Shown piece after piece: positions 27,965-38,419 of a stretch of 56,288 nucleotides of DNA. Below the pieces are notes generated by a model that had not been told where the DNA came from, ran no database searches, and worked only from the letters and a program-made list of their open reading frames with translations. Each line of letters starts with the position of its first letter. Positions within the stretch are counted from its first letter, which is position 1. Position numbers and translations under genes: made by a program. The stretch is taken from NCBI GenBank assembly GCA_021780355.1, contig JAJXYX010000043.1, positions 1 to 56,288 of the forward strand. Reading direction: 5' to 3'. This DNA is from a bacterium (lineage in GTDB: Bacteria > Chlamydiota > Chlamydiia > Chlamydiales > SM23-39).

Positions 27965-30100
27965 TTAGTCCTGAGAAGCTGACAGCCCCATATCTTCAAA
28001 AAATGCATCCTGCGTTGGTTCGCGGCCTAAGAAATCTTGCAAGAGATCATTAGGATCGGCGCTTCCGCCTTTGCCTAGGACTTTATCGACAAACTGTTTG
28101 CCGATGCCAGCGTCTAGGAGGCCTACTTGTTTTACTTGGTTAAATAGATCGAGGGCGAATACTTTTGACCACATATATCCATAGTACTTGGCTCCATAGC
28201 CAATTAAATGGCCAAAGGATGCCTGCATATGCGCGTTGGGATTATATGCAATTGTCGAGCAGTATTTTTCGAATAACTCTTTTTGGATGGCTTGCGTATC
28301 TTTTTCGGCGCCTGGTTTGAAGTATTCAAGCGAAATCAAGCTTAAGTACGCTTGGCGTCTTAAAAACGCTCCGCTGTCGAATTTTTTTAGGGAAATCATT
28401 GTGTCGATCAGGCTATCGGAAAGAGGTTCTCCAGTTAGATAATGGGAGCTTACCTGTTTGAGCATGTCTTTGTCCCACATCCATTCTTCGAACATTTGCG
28501 AGGGCATTTCTACGAAATCGTACTTGACGGCAAAACCTGAACATGAGGCAAGCTTTGTTGTTCCTAGAACGTAGTGCATGGCGTGGCCGAATTCATGAAA
28601 AAAGGTTTCTACATCCGAGTGCTTGAAAAGAGCGGGTTTGTCAGGGGTGGCTTTGGGGAAATTGGCAATTACCATGCAAGCTGCAGGGGCGATCACTCGC
28701 TTGCCATTTTGGTCGCTATAAAGAGATGGCACCAATTCGGCGCAGCATGCATGCGAATATTTATTGGGTCGGGGATAAAGATCTAAAATGACATAACCGC
28801 GCTGTTTGCCAGTTCCTCTATCTTTAATCGAGATGCATATGACCTCTTTATCCCAAAGACCTTGGACGGGAACTCTTTCAAAATCGACGTTTAAAAACTT
28901 TTGATAGATAGCAAAGATGCCTTCTACGGTTTTATCGACTGGGAAATACTCTGCCACTTCGCGCGCATCCATGGAGAAATGTTTTTTCTTGTACGATTCT
29001 TTAATGTACTCTAGATCCCATCCAAAAAATTGACCGCGCTCATTTAATTCGACGCCTTCGGGCAAATCATTCATCAAGTCTCGATGTTCTAGCAGTTCTT
29101 TTTGACGCGCTTTGTCGATTAGCTGATAAATAAAAGCGTAGGCGCGCTCTGGTGTTTCGGCCATATTGGGATCGATATCTAGATGAGCGTAGCTTGGGAA
29201 ATGAAGAAGCTGTGCGAGCGCGTCTCGTTTGCTGATGATGGTTTTCAGCCGCTCCATGTTTTCAGGATAGGCTCTATTTTGAAATTCTGTTAATAAGAGC
29301 TTGCGGGTTTGCCCATTTTTACAGTGGCCCATCACTTCAAAATACGTTGGGTAATCAACGCCTACTTTGAGTTTGCCGTCATCGATTTTTTCTAAACGCT
29401 GCAAAAGATCATCGGAAACGCCAGCTAAATCCTCTGGGGCCACGGCGATGAATCGATTGTCTTTGGCAATGGCCGCTTGAAACTCTGTTCCCAGCTGCGA
29501 AAGTTCTTTTTTAATTTGTTTGACCTGATCGAATTGATTGCTCGGCAAATCAAACCCATTTCGTTTAAAATCCTTCATACTCTCACTGAGAAAATAGGCT
29601 TCTTCGCTCGAGAGTTTTTCTCCATTGGCGTGAGCCAAGCTTCCCTCTCTTATCATTCCCTCAAATGCGGCGTAAAGAGCTGGATTCATAAAGGCGTCGA
29701 CGGCGAAATCTTGCATTGTAAGAATCGCTTCGTGTGCAGCGTTTCGCATGGCTTCATCAGGATGGAGCATTTCGAGAACATGAATCGGATTGCAGGCAAT
29801 GGAAAATTTACGGCTCAGTTCATCGAAAGCTTTGATCGTATTGTCAAAGTTGCGCTTCTCATGAGATAGTGAAAGGAGCTCTTTAAAGTCTTTTTGTGCA
29901 ATCGCAAGACTGGCTTTACACCTTTCGGCGATCTCATTAGGACTTTTGGGAAAAAGGTTGATGACTTGTTGAATGGAACTGACATTGTTTTGCAGCATTT
30001 CTTCATACCTTTCTGTATTCAAAGCGTAGGAATTTTTTAACAAGCCCACACAGCCCATTACAGATAACCCCACAATCGTTCCTATTTTGATGCCTCGCAT
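27965..30100 (-). CDS. M3A metallopeptidase (thimet oligopeptidase-like) with N-terminal signal-like segment
   Basis: DLYPRPNKYSHA, FFHEFGHAMH, DFVEMPSQ and YYGYMWS. Confidence 0.93.
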   Translation of the reverse strand: MRGIKIGTIVGLSVMGCVGLLKNSYALNTERYEEMLQNNVSSIQQVINLFPKSPNEIAERCKASLAIAQKDFKELLSLSHEKRNFDNTIKAFDELSRKFSIACNPIHVLEMLHPDEAMRNAAHEAILTMQDFAVDAFMNPALYAAFEGMIREGSLAHANGEKLSSEEAYFLSESMKDFKRNGFDLPSNQFDQVKQIKKELSQLGTEFQAAIAKDNRFIAVAPEDLAGVSDDLLQRLEKIDDGKLKVGVDYPTYFEVMGHCKNGQTRKLLLTEFQNRAYPENMERLKTIISKRDALAQLLHFPSYAHLDIDPNMAETPERAYAFIYQLIDKARQKELLEHRDLMNDLPEGVELNERGQFFGWDLEYIKESYKKKHFSMDAREVAEYFPVDKTVEGIFAIYQKFLNVDFERVPVQGLWDKEVICISIKDRGTGKQRGYVILDLYPRPNKYSHACCAELVPSLYSDQNGKRVIAPAACMVIANFPKATPDKPALFKHSDVETFFHEFGHAMHYVLGTTKLASCSGFAVKYDFVEMPSQMFEEWMWDKDMLKQVSSHYLTGEPLSDSLIDTMISLKKFDSGAFLRRQAYLSLISLEYFKPGAEKDTQAIQKELFEKYCSTIAYNPNAHMQASFGHLIGYGAKYYGYMWSKVFALDLFNQVKQVGLLDAGIGKQFVDKVLGKGGSADPNDLLQDFLGREPTQDAFFEDMGLSASQD

Positions 30101-30450
30101 AGCCCTGCCTCGATTTTATAACATTTTCTGACTTTTTTTTGCGCTTGTCCGCCATGATTGTCAAGGTTGACAGAAGAACTCCTCATTTTGCATATCTACT
30201 ATTTTTTAGGTACTGTTTTTCAGGTGCTTTCTTCCTTGTATTCTATATGGTAAGAGGAGATATTGCTGGAAGTTGTAGAGGAAGGAAATGAGGTGAACCT
30301 TGCTCCGTCTCTCTTGCGCTTGGAAGCGGAGTGAGCTCAAGAATAGCTCTTTTATTTCGAAAGGCATAAAATTTTATTTAATTAAATGATATATTTTTAG
30401 TAAAATTAATTATTTTTTGTTATATTGTTGATTGTTTTTTATCCTGTTTT

Positions 30451-31788
30451 TTGCTAAATTATATGTTAATTAAAAGGGTGGATTTTGTGGTTTGCGGTTT
30501 AATTAGTGGCTCGATTACTAATTTAGGTTTTAGATCGGATAATAAAAATTATTTTAATCGAAGGGTGCAAAATGCTGCCAGTTTGATAGAACGAAATGCA
30601 GCTCTAGTTGGTGTCGCAAGGTCTTCTTTTCAGGATTTTAAAAATCGATGCATGAATCATGTTCAGTCTAATTTTAGTCAAAATAGATGGATTGCTTTTC
30701 AGGGAGGGGCTCTAGGATTGATTTCTTCGGCCCCGTATCTTTTCTCGGAAGGATTTGATTTTTCGGTGGTTTTGTCTTTGTCTGTTTTTTGCTATTTATT
30801 ATCTATGTTCGTATATTGTTTTATTCAAAGTTGTAATGAAAGGCGTATAGCAGAATCTGCATTGTTTGCCTTGTCTTGTAAAAATACAAAAAATAAAGGT
30901 TTGGCAGAAGAGCTTGAAGGGCAGAGTTATTCTTATTTTTCTATGAAGAAAGCTCTAGTCCTGCGCTTTGCTGAAAATTACGAAACAAATATTCCAAGAA
31001 TACATCAGCAGATCAGTAACTTGAAAACAGTTGTGAAGATATGGGGCTATTGCGGCATGCGGCCTATTTTGGGACATGTTAAGTATATCGCTTGGATGAT
31101 GTCTTCTTATGACGAAGATTACTTGAGAGATCAAGGAATACAAGATCCTACTGAACTGTTAGGTGATTTAATAGATGAATTGTCGAATAAAACCTCTTCT
31201 CGTGTCATCCATGATGAGGAAAAAAGTCGATTTTTTATGGTCATGGGACACAAAACGCACGCTATTGTGTGCGAGTTTGGAAGAAAGCAAACTGGAGATT
31301 GTTATTTTTCTATTTATAATAAGGGGGAAGGCGTTGAACGACATGGTTGGAGTGAGAATGAACATGAATGTATTGCTAAGTTCACGGTTGAGTCTCTTTC
31401 TTTAGAAGCGCTGCAAGATTTCGTGTTTTTGCAAGGGCTTGTGAATTCTTTGAAAAAATCTTCAACTTCAGATGAGATTTATAAACATGTGGAGTCTTGT
31501 TTAATTGGTCGATTTAGAGGCTCTGTGGCCCCGATAACTCGGCAAGAGATTCATCGTCCTCAAACTCATGGTACTTGTCTTTATTCTAATTCATCCTTAG
31601 CTTTGCGTTCTGTCGTGACAGATCGGAAGTTAAGGAAAGAGTTGAAGCTTTTTGAAATCCAAGGCTTTTTAGAAGTAGCAGGAGGGAGTTACTTATCCTC
31701 GAGATATCCTGAACTCTATAGTGAAGTAATTAAAAAAATGGATAGATTGTCTCAGGAAGTTCAATCGTGTGAACAAGCCTTTTGTTGA
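30451..31788 (+). CDS. Hypothetical low-GC protein with a long hydrophobic hairpin; candidate effector
   Basis: 445 aa ORF, start uncertain. Hydrophobic stretch near residues 81-125, then HAIVC...YNKGEG...PQTHGTC motifs. Confidence 0.6.
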   Translation: MLNYMLIKRVDFVVCGLISGSITNLGFRSDNKNYFNRRVQNAASLIERNAALVGVARSSFQDFKNRCMNHVQSNFSQNRWIAFQGGALGLISSAPYLFSEGFDFSVVLSLSVFCYLLSMFVYCFIQSCNERRIAESALFALSCKNTKNKGLAEELEGQSYSYFSMKKALVLRFAENYETNIPRIHQQISNLKTVVKIWGYCGMRPILGHVKYIAWMMSSYDEDYLRDQGIQDPTELLGDLIDELSNKTSSRVIHDEEKSRFFMVMGHKTHAIVCEFGRKQTGDCYFSIYNKGEGVERHGWSENEHECIAKFTVESLSLEALQDFVFLQGLVNSLKKSSTSDEIYKHVESCLIGRFRGSVAPITRQEIHRPQTHGTCLYSNSSLALRSVVTDRKLRKELKLFEIQGFLEVAGGSYLSSRYPELYSEVIKKMDRLSQEVQSCEQAFC

Positions 31789-31880
31789 AATCCTCGAATC
31801 GTTATAATCTCGATATGGAGATAGAACCGCTTTTGCGGTCTTCTGAAGTCAAAAAAGAATTTCAACCTCTCGGAGTCGAT

Positions 31881-33170
31881 ATGCCTTTTACCATCACAAT
31901 GCCCAAATTATCTCCTACAATGGAGGAGGGGACGATTGTCAAATGGCATAAGCGCCTTGGCGATCATGTCGCTTCCGGCGATCTACTCGTTGAAGTAGCC
32001 ACGGATAAGGCAACTGTAGAATATAACGCGTTGGACGAAGGGTATCTCCGTTTGATCCTTGTGCCTGAAAAAGGCGCCGCCGTCGTCAATCAAGCGATCG
32101 CTGTTATGACGCAAACGGCTCAAGAAAAGATTGAAGGCTATCAGCCCGAAGGCATTCGCATAGAAGAAAAACCTGAAGTGAAGGCAGCGGCCCAGCCGAG
32201 CGCCGCGATTTCTGCAGTGAAAGCCCCAGTAGCAGGTCCCAGTCTCCAGCAGCCCTCTTTTATGCCAGAACCCCCCTTGGAAGGCTATGAGTTTGCTTTT
32301 CCCACAGATACAGGAAGAAAAAAAGCATCGCCTTTGGCTAGAAAGCTGGCTCGAGAAAAAGGGCTTGATTTGACGACTGTGAAAGGAAGCGGTTCGGGCG
32401 GTCGCGTGACAAGCCACGATCTAGATTTGGCGCAGCCGGATCAGCTGGTTAGTTTTGCTCCAAGAGAGATTCCGGCAGAAATCCCAGGTTCTTATGAAGA
32501 GCTTGCTTTAACTCCGATGAGAAAAGTCGTTGGGCAAAGACTTCAGCAATCGAAAATGTTTATTCCCCATTTTTATGTAAGCCAAGAGGTGAATGCAGAG
32601 GCTTTGGTGCAGCTGCGCGATCAACTGAAAGAGGGGAACGTGAAAATTACGTTTAACGACCTCGCCATTCGAGCTTGCGCTTTGGCATTGAGAGAACACC
32701 CTGGGGTCAATAGCGGCTTTGATTCTGCGAATCAGTCGATTATTTTATTTAAGACAATCGATATTTCCGTAGCCGTTACAGTAGAAGGAGGGCTGATTAC
32801 GCCGATTATCCGTCACGCCGACTATAAGAATTTAGGAGAAATTTCTCTTGAAGTGAAAAGTTTGGCGGCCAAGGCGAAGTTAGGAAAGCTGGCGCCGGAG
32901 GAATATAAGGGGGGATCGTTTACGGTCTCGAATCTCGGTATGTTTGGCATTTCTCAATTTACCGCTGTCATCAACCCGCCTCAGGCCGCTATTTTGGCAG
33001 TAGCTGGGATCGAAGATTGCGTTCGGATCAAAAATGGCCAAGCTGTTTTAGGCAAAAAAATGATGATCAACCTTTCGGTTGATCATCGTGTGATCGATGG
33101 GGCAGAAGCCGCCAAATTCATGAAAACACTTCAAAAATATTTGGAAAATCCAGCCCTTTTAGTCGTTTAA
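31881..33170 (+). CDS. pdhC: Pyruvate dehydrogenase E2 (dihydrolipoamide acetyltransferase)
   Basis: MPKLSPTM, ATDKA (lipoyl Lys), ASPLARKLA and DHRVIDG; start after GGAG. Confidence 0.96.
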   Translation: MPFTITMPKLSPTMEEGTIVKWHKRLGDHVASGDLLVEVATDKATVEYNALDEGYLRLILVPEKGAAVVNQAIAVMTQTAQEKIEGYQPEGIRIEEKPEVKAAAQPSAAISAVKAPVAGPSLQQPSFMPEPPLEGYEFAFPTDTGRKKASPLARKLAREKGLDLTTVKGSGSGGRVTSHDLDLAQPDQLVSFAPREIPAEIPGSYEELALTPMRKVVGQRLQQSKMFIPHFYVSQEVNAEALVQLRDQLKEGNVKITFNDLAIRACALALREHPGVNSGFDSANQSIILFKTIDISVAVTVEGGLITPIIRHADYKNLGEISLEVKSLAAKAKLGKLAPEEYKGGSFTVSNLGMFGISQFTAVINPPQAAILAVAGIEDCVRIKNGQAVLGKKMMINLSVDHRVIDGAEAAKFMKTLQKYLENPALLVV

Positions 33171-34066
33171 TCTTTTTTCTCTTCAAGAGCGTCAAGGATA
33201 AACTGAGGCAGGGCAAAAGCGGATCGGTGCACGGCAGGCGTGTAATAGACCATTTTGCCTTTGATCTCAGAAAGTCTTTTCTGCAGTTTTTTCAGCGAAG
33301 GTTTGTATTTTTTGTCGGAAGCCCAGCCAAATGCCATCGATCCGCCTACATAGGTGGGAACGGGAGCGAGATAATAGCTCACATGTTTAAAGTGGGGAGA
33401 GCGATTTTTCCATGTTAAGATCAGCTCATCTTTTTGAACAAAAGGAACCCCGTTTTGGTTCACAAAAATCCCTCGTTTATGTAAACACTTTTTGCAATCT
33501 TTGTAAAAGTCGGAAGTAAAGAGCACTTCAGCAGGCCCTGTAGGATCTGTGGAATCGCAAAGAATAATATCGAATTTTTCCTTGGTGTTTTTAACAAACT
33601 TAGATCCATCGTCAATGACTACTTCAACTCTAGGATCGTTAAAAGCCCCTTTGGAAACGGAAGGGAGATGTTTTTGGCTCAGCTCGATAACAGAAGGGTC
33701 GATTTCGACTAAAACAATTCTTTTCAGCCCTTCATGACGCAGCGTCTCTCGCAAAATGCCGCCGTCGCCGCCGCCTATGATGAGAACAGAGGTTGGATTT
33801 TCATGGGTCAATAAAGGAACATGCACCATCATTTCATGATATACAGGCTCATCAGCAGTCGTTAATTGCACAGCGCCATCCAGAGCAAACACTCTGCCAA
33901 ACTGTGGGTTTTCAAAAATGATTAAATCTTGGCTTTCGGTTTTTTCTTCCAAAATGGTCTGCGTATTTTCAAGCCATTGGCCCCAGCGGGGATAGAGCGT
34001 TTCTGTGTAGGAGCCGCCGAAAAGCGACGCGCTGCAAGCGAAAAAAAGAACAGTGAATCTATTCAT
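33167..34066 (-). CDS. speE: Polyamine aminopropyltransferase (spermidine synthase) with signal-peptide-like N-terminus
   Basis: LDGAVQ, YHEMMVH, GGGDGG, VEID and DSTDP. Confidence 0.93.
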   Translation of the reverse strand: MNRFTVLFFACSASLFGGSYTETLYPRWGQWLENTQTILEEKTESQDLIIFENPQFGRVFALDGAVQLTTADEPVYHEMMVHVPLLTHENPTSVLIIGGGDGGILRETLRHEGLKRIVLVEIDPSVIELSQKHLPSVSKGAFNDPRVEVVIDDGSKFVKNTKEKFDIILCDSTDPTGPAEVLFTSDFYKDCKKCLHKRGIFVNQNGVPFVQKDELILTWKNRSPHFKHVSYYLAPVPTYVGGSMAFGWASDKKYKPSLKKLQKRLSEIKGKMVYYTPAVHRSAFALPQFILDALEEKKD

Positions 34067-34111
34067 CAAAAAATCCTCTTTAAAAAAGAGAAATAGTAAC
34101 AAAAGATTAAA

Positions 34112-35029
34112 TTAAAGCCAACGTTTTCTTAAAAAAAGAAAAATAGCGGTTGCCGTTCCAATCACAGTCATGGCAATGACGGCAAGAAAGGCGTGAGGGC
34201 TATTTTGCAAAGGAAGAGGGACGTTCATCCCATAGATTGAAGCAATGATCGTCGGAATCGTTACGATCACAGTTAAAGCGGTGAGCAGCTTAATGGTGCG
34301 ATTGACGTTATTGGTAAACATAATTTGATAGGAGTCTCGAAGGCTGCGGATACTTTTGATGTTGACGCGGCAAACATCTTCCGATTGTTTGAGCGCAATC
34401 ATGAGATCGTCGACAAGCTCCACATCCTCTTCCCTTAAATTGACATACCTTCCTGCTGCCATGGTTTCCAGAAGGTTCCTCATGGGAACTAACGAGGTTA
34501 AGTATTGATTTAACACCTCTTCATTTTCCATCAAAGTGACAATGACTTTGCTGTCGATGAGATTTTCATGCCGGGGTTCTGAAATGGAGTGGCGAACTTT
34601 TTTGATCCCGTTTGTGTAGTCTTGTGTGATTTTGAGCAGGATATGCAAAATGAATTTTGTGGTTTGGCTTGGGTCGAAATGGGCATGGTTAGCGATAAAT
34701 TGTTCAACAAGTCCGCTGCGATGCGGAGAAATGGCAATGATGCAGTCATTTCGTAAAATAAGAGTCAGAGTATTGGTATAAGCGCCTATCTCTTGTTCAT
34801 CTGGATGGCGGACGAAGAGAACCAGGCTATCGCCTAAATGCTCGATGCGCGGCAGTTCATATTTATCCAAGCTATCTCGAATATCGGCGAGCTCAAGCCC
34901 CGTCCATTCAACGATCTTTTCTAAATCGTTTAGCGTCGCCTCTTTGACATAGATCCAGCAGCCAGCTCGAAATGTTTCGATCTGCTGAAACTCCGTATCT
35001 CGATCTGTTTGAAAAAATATCTCAAGCAT
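34112..35029 (-). CDS. corA: CorA-family Mg2+ transporter
   Basis: YGMN motif between two C-terminal TM helices; ends KRWL. Confidence 0.9.
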   Translation of the reverse strand: MLEIFFQTDRDTEFQQIETFRAGCWIYVKEATLNDLEKIVEWTGLELADIRDSLDKYELPRIEHLGDSLVLFVRHPDEQEIGAYTNTLTLILRNDCIIAISPHRSGLVEQFIANHAHFDPSQTTKFILHILLKITQDYTNGIKKVRHSISEPRHENLIDSKVIVTLMENEEVLNQYLTSLVPMRNLLETMAAGRYVNLREEDVELVDDLMIALKQSEDVCRVNIKSIRSLRDSYQIMFTNNVNRTIKLLTALTVIVTIPTIIASIYGMNVPLPLQNSPHAFLAVIAMTVIGTATAIFLFLRKRWL

Positions 35030-35147
35030 AAAAGCCCCTACTTACTTACATACTGCGAAACGTCTCCGGAAGCAAGGGAATTTCAATGAAGATGGATTTT
35101 TTCAACAATGAAATCGATAAAATGGCGGACTTTTGAAGCGGTATATA

Positions 35148-35753
35148 TTATCTTACATACCATAAAAATTTTTCATGGACTCGCGAGCGGATTTTTGGGG
35201 ATTCGATTTTTTCAATCATTTTTAAAGCTTCTTTCGTTTTAAAATTTTGAGGAAGCTCTAGTTCTGGAAGGGCGCTAAAAAGATGCGAGCGGGCTGAGGA
35301 GAGATAGAAGAAGTCAAGGAGAGCCTTTTCGGCAGTGGCTATTTTGGCGATTGACCCCGGGAGAGTTTCGAACCCAAAAAAGAAGTTAGGCTGGATGTGA
35401 TGGATTGAGATATGTCCGAGAGGAGTCTTGTATTTTCTAGTTCTAGCGAGAGATACTGCATAAATGGTGGCCGGAATTTGTGAGATCATGCCATGATGAT
35501 AGAGGGCGCTATGTACCGAAATATAACTCGGTGCAGGACTCGTCAGATATTCAGGAATCTCGTAGGGATTGATGTTTTCGTGAAAAGCCCACTTGCCTCT
35601 AGCAAGCTGAATAAAAAATTTAGCCTTGCAAAGACGTCGTAGAATCTGACTTGCGTGGTCAATCGAAATATTAAGTGCAGCGGCAGCATCAGTTGTTTGA
35701 AGAACATCGATTTTAAGAGCTAGAAGTTTGGCTTTCGCTTCTAATAAATTCAT
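35148..35753 (-). CDS. AbiEi-like antitoxin / transcriptional regulator (type IV TA)
   Basis: N-terminal wHTH (L.RL......QLARGKW), PSYIS..SALYHHGMISQIP and ATAEKALLD. Confidence 0.85.
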   Translation of the reverse strand: MNLLEAKAKLLALKIDVLQTTDAAAALNISIDHASQILRRLCKAKFFIQLARGKWAFHENINPYEIPEYLTSPAPSYISVHSALYHHGMISQIPATIYAVSLARTRKYKTPLGHISIHHIQPNFFFGFETLPGSIAKIATAEKALLDFFYLSSARSHLFSALPELELPQNFKTKEALKMIEKIESPKIRSRVHEKFLWYVR

Positions 35754-36505
35754 GATTTTAATTCTTCAATCGCTAGAGCTACTTTAGTTTGCATCTCTCC
35801 CCAAATTTTTGGAGAATCGTAATATTCTTGATATTCTTCCATAAGAAATGCTACAACTTGCGCTTTAAATGATGCAAAATCAATGCTTAAAGCATTTTTA
35901 ATAGCTATATCTAATTTTTTTCGCAAATCTTCAGGAAAATTTTGAGAAACGATTCCTTGGGCGAGAAGCAAATGAAGATCAAAAACATCTCTGGCTTGAG
36001 TTTCTGTTCGATGAATCAAGGCATCGATTTTTTGTATAAAAGCAGTTTCTTGCGCATAATGATTGGCCAAAATAGGATAAAGTCGATAACGATTCGTCAG
36101 CTCAGGATCCACAGATTCAAATAAGACTCCTTCATCTAGTTTTCTCCGTGAAAATTCAATTTTGGTAGGAATAATTTGAGATGTTTTCGAAAGTTTCAGG
36201 CTCAATTTCCAGCGCTGCGTTGTTTCAGTTTGTTTTGCTTCTGAAATATTTCCTATCTCGATTTGATGCGAAGAAAGAGCCTGCAAAAAAACTGGGCTTT
36301 CGAACAGCTTGCGAGTTTTGTTTCGGAGAGTTTCTTTTGTAATTGTTTTTACGTCAATATCGAGATCTTCCGAATAACGGATACTTTTGAAGAAAAAACG
36401 CAAATTGCAGCCCCCTTTTACAGCATAGAGCGATTTCTCGAGCTTCCCGCTGAGAGCATGCAGGAAAAGAAGATGGAAAAGTTCAACTGTTTTTTGGTGT
36501 GTCAT
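35750..36505 (-). CDS. AbiEii/AbiGii-like nucleotidyltransferase toxin
   Basis: KGGCNLR, RYSEDLDID, KIEFS and K..A...R...RDVFD. Confidence 0.9.
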   Translation of the reverse strand: MTHQKTVELFHLLFLHALSGKLEKSLYAVKGGCNLRFFFKSIRYSEDLDIDVKTITKETLRNKTRKLFESPVFLQALSSHQIEIGNISEAKQTETTQRWKLSLKLSKTSQIIPTKIEFSRRKLDEGVLFESVDPELTNRYRLYPILANHYAQETAFIQKIDALIHRTETQARDVFDLHLLLAQGIVSQNFPEDLRKKLDIAIKNALSIDFASFKAQVVAFLMEEYQEYYDSPKIWGEMQTKVALAIEELKS

Positions 36506-36514
36506 ATGAACATG

Positions 36515-36554
36515 ACAATACGCGTAGTTGACATATTTGTCAACTACGCGTATT
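36515..36554 (-). promoter_or_regulatory. TA promoter embedded in a perfect 17 bp inverted-repeat operator
   Basis: AATACGCGTAGTTGACA-N4-TGTCAACTACGCGTATT (36517-36554). The minus strand reads TTGACA-N17-TATTGT, ending 9 nt before ATG 36505. Confidence 0.85.
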
Positions 36555-36690
36555 TTGTTATTTCATAACTTATTGATTGTGAATTGTTTTGATATTAGAT
36601 CGGGGTGAGCAGTCTTCAGGGCTGTGCAACGTTAAACAAGAAAATTTTTTTTCTCAACCCTTTATCAGGTTTTTTTATACAAAACAAAAA

Positions 36691-36740
36691 GGGTTTTAAG
36701 GGACGTAGTCCCTTAATGGGATTTGGGGCGAAGCCCCAAT
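36691..36740 (-). repeat. Double-hairpin repeat unit H
   Basis: GGGTT TTAAGGGAC-GTA-GTCCCTTAA TGGGAT TTGGGGC-GAA-GCCCCAA; abuts the lpxD stop. Confidence 0.85.
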
Positions 36741-37781
36741 CTATTGCGGCTGCAATTCGGCGAGTTTTTTTTCGAGTTCTTTGAGGCGGGCGATGTAGTC
36801 TTTGAGTTTACGGACATGGACTTCTTGGCGGTGGTAGTCGGCAATGGGGATGGCGGGACTGCCGCGGTATTCGCCGGCTTTAAGATACTTGCTGGCGCCG
36901 CCGCGCGTTGCGATTCGGACGTGATTGTCGAGCTCTACGTGGCCGAGGATGCCGACTTGGCCTCCTAACATGACATGCTTGCCTGTTTTGGCAGAGCCTG
37001 CAATGCCAGTTTGGGCGGCGATAGCATTATGCTCTCCGATTTCGACGTTGTGGGCGATTTGGACAAGGTTGTCGATCTTTGTCCCTTTGCGGATGATGGT
37101 GCTTTTGAAACGTGATCGGTCGATGGTGGTATTGGCTCCAATCTCTACGTCGTCTTCTAAGATCACATTGCCTAGCTGCTCTAATTTGCTGAAGTGTCCT
37201 TGCGCGTTCGGGAGATAGCCAAAACCGCAAGAGCCGATGACAGCTCCCGGTTGAAGGATGACGCGGTCGTGGATGATGCATCTTTCTCGGATGCAGCAAG
37301 AGGGGTGAATAAAACAGCCTTTGCCGATTTGCACTTCGAAACCGATGGAAACGTGGGGTCCGATTGAGGTGCTCTCTCCAATGTCTACGTTCCTGTCGAT
37401 GACGGCGTAAGGTCCAATGGAAACATTGCGACCGATGTGGGCGGTGGGGTGGATGACGGCTGTTGGATGGATGCCGGTGAATCCTGATTCACGCGATGTT
37501 GGCGCTAAAAGCAGTTCTGCAATGCGCTGAAAGGTGAGAGAAGGATTGTCTGAAACGAGATAGTTTTTTCCATCTTCTACAGGCTCTTGTACGCAGATGA
37601 TGCCGGCGACGCTTTTTTTCATAGCTTCTCTATAGCGAGGATTGGCTAGAAAAGAAACATCGCTGGAAAGAGCTTCTTCGAGGGTGTTTACCCCCGTCAC
37701 TTGGTGATCGGGATTGCCGATGAACCGCGAACCTGTTTGCTCTGCAAGTTCAGCTAATGAGAAGCTCTTTGTCGACGACAT
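36741..37781 (-). CDS. lpxD: UDP-3-O-(3-hydroxyacyl)glucosamine N-acyltransferase
   Basis: Hexapeptide repeats, [17 protein letters not shown] and [11 protein letters not shown]. Confidence 0.97.
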   Translation of the reverse strand: MSSTKSFSLAELAEQTGSRFIGNPDHQVTGVNTLEEALSSDVSFLANPRYREAMKKSVAGIICVQEPVEDGKNYLVSDNPSLTFQRIAELLLAPTSRESGFTGIHPTAVIHPTAHIGRNVSIGPYAVIDRNVDIGESTSIGPHVSIGFEVQIGKGCFIHPSCCIRERCIIHDRVILQPGAVIGSCGFGYLPNAQGHFSKLEQLGNVILEDDVEIGANTTIDRSRFKSTIIRKGTKIDNLVQIAHNVEIGEHNAIAAQTGIAGSAKTGKHVMLGGQVGILGHVELDNHVRIATRGGASKYLKAGEYRGSPAIPIADYHRQEVHVRKLKDYIARLKELEKKLAELQPQ

Positions 37782-37785
37782 TCAA

Positions 37786-38400
37786 TTAACCCGCTTGATT
37801 GAGCATCGATTCTTCAATCGCATGGATAGAAGCTTCTGGGCTGCTTTGATCAGATACTTTTTTATCTGCTCTATCGAGATCGAATGTTTTATCCATTTCA
37901 GAAATCACGCTGCTTGTGACATCGAGATCGGGACGGATATAAAAACACGCTTCTTTGTTGAGGATGTAATCGAGTTTTTTTTCTTTCGCGATTTTCTCGG
38001 AAGCTTTTGTGATGTTCGTTAATACTTTTTGATAAATTTGGTATTGCGCTTGCTGCATCATTTGGTAGAATTGGTTTTGGTATTGGCTGAGATTTCTTGC
38101 CAACTGTTCGCGCTGCGCTTGGAGTTCGGCTTCTGCTTGAGGAGAGAGACTGTCGAGGTATTCAGAGTCTTTGAGCTTTCCTTCGATTTCTTTCAGTTCC
38201 TTGTCAGTCTCTTCCATGAGGGAGATCATCTGATTTTGTACGTTCTGCAAAGTTTCTTGCTCTTGCAGGCCGAGCTTAGATTCGCTCATGCAGCTGGCCA
38301 AGTTGACCATCCCAATGATGGATTCCTCTGCGGCAAAAGCAGACCCCGAACTTAAAGCGGCAGCAGTAAGCAATGAAAGAAAGAATTTAGACTTATTCAT
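37786..38400 (-). CDS. skp: Skp/OmpH periplasmic chaperone
   Basis: Signal peptide, IGMVN, long helical region and DVTSSVI; between bamA and lpxD; AAGGAG RBS. Confidence 0.9.
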   Translation of the reverse strand: MNKSKFFLSLLTAAALSSGSAFAAEESIIGMVNLASCMSESKLGLQEQETLQNVQNQMISLMEETDKELKEIEGKLKDSEYLDSLSPQAEAELQAQREQLARNLSQYQNQFYQMMQQAQYQIYQKVLTNITKASEKIAKEKKLDYILNKEACFYIRPDLDVTSSVISEMDKTFDLDRADKKVSDQSSPEASIHAIEESMLNQAG

Positions 38401-38419
38401 ACATCTCCTTAACAAAGGT

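Noticed and set aside
30180-30360. Possible ncRNA between the M3 peptidase and the low-GC gene
   Set aside because: No recognisable family motif or convincing structure by eye.
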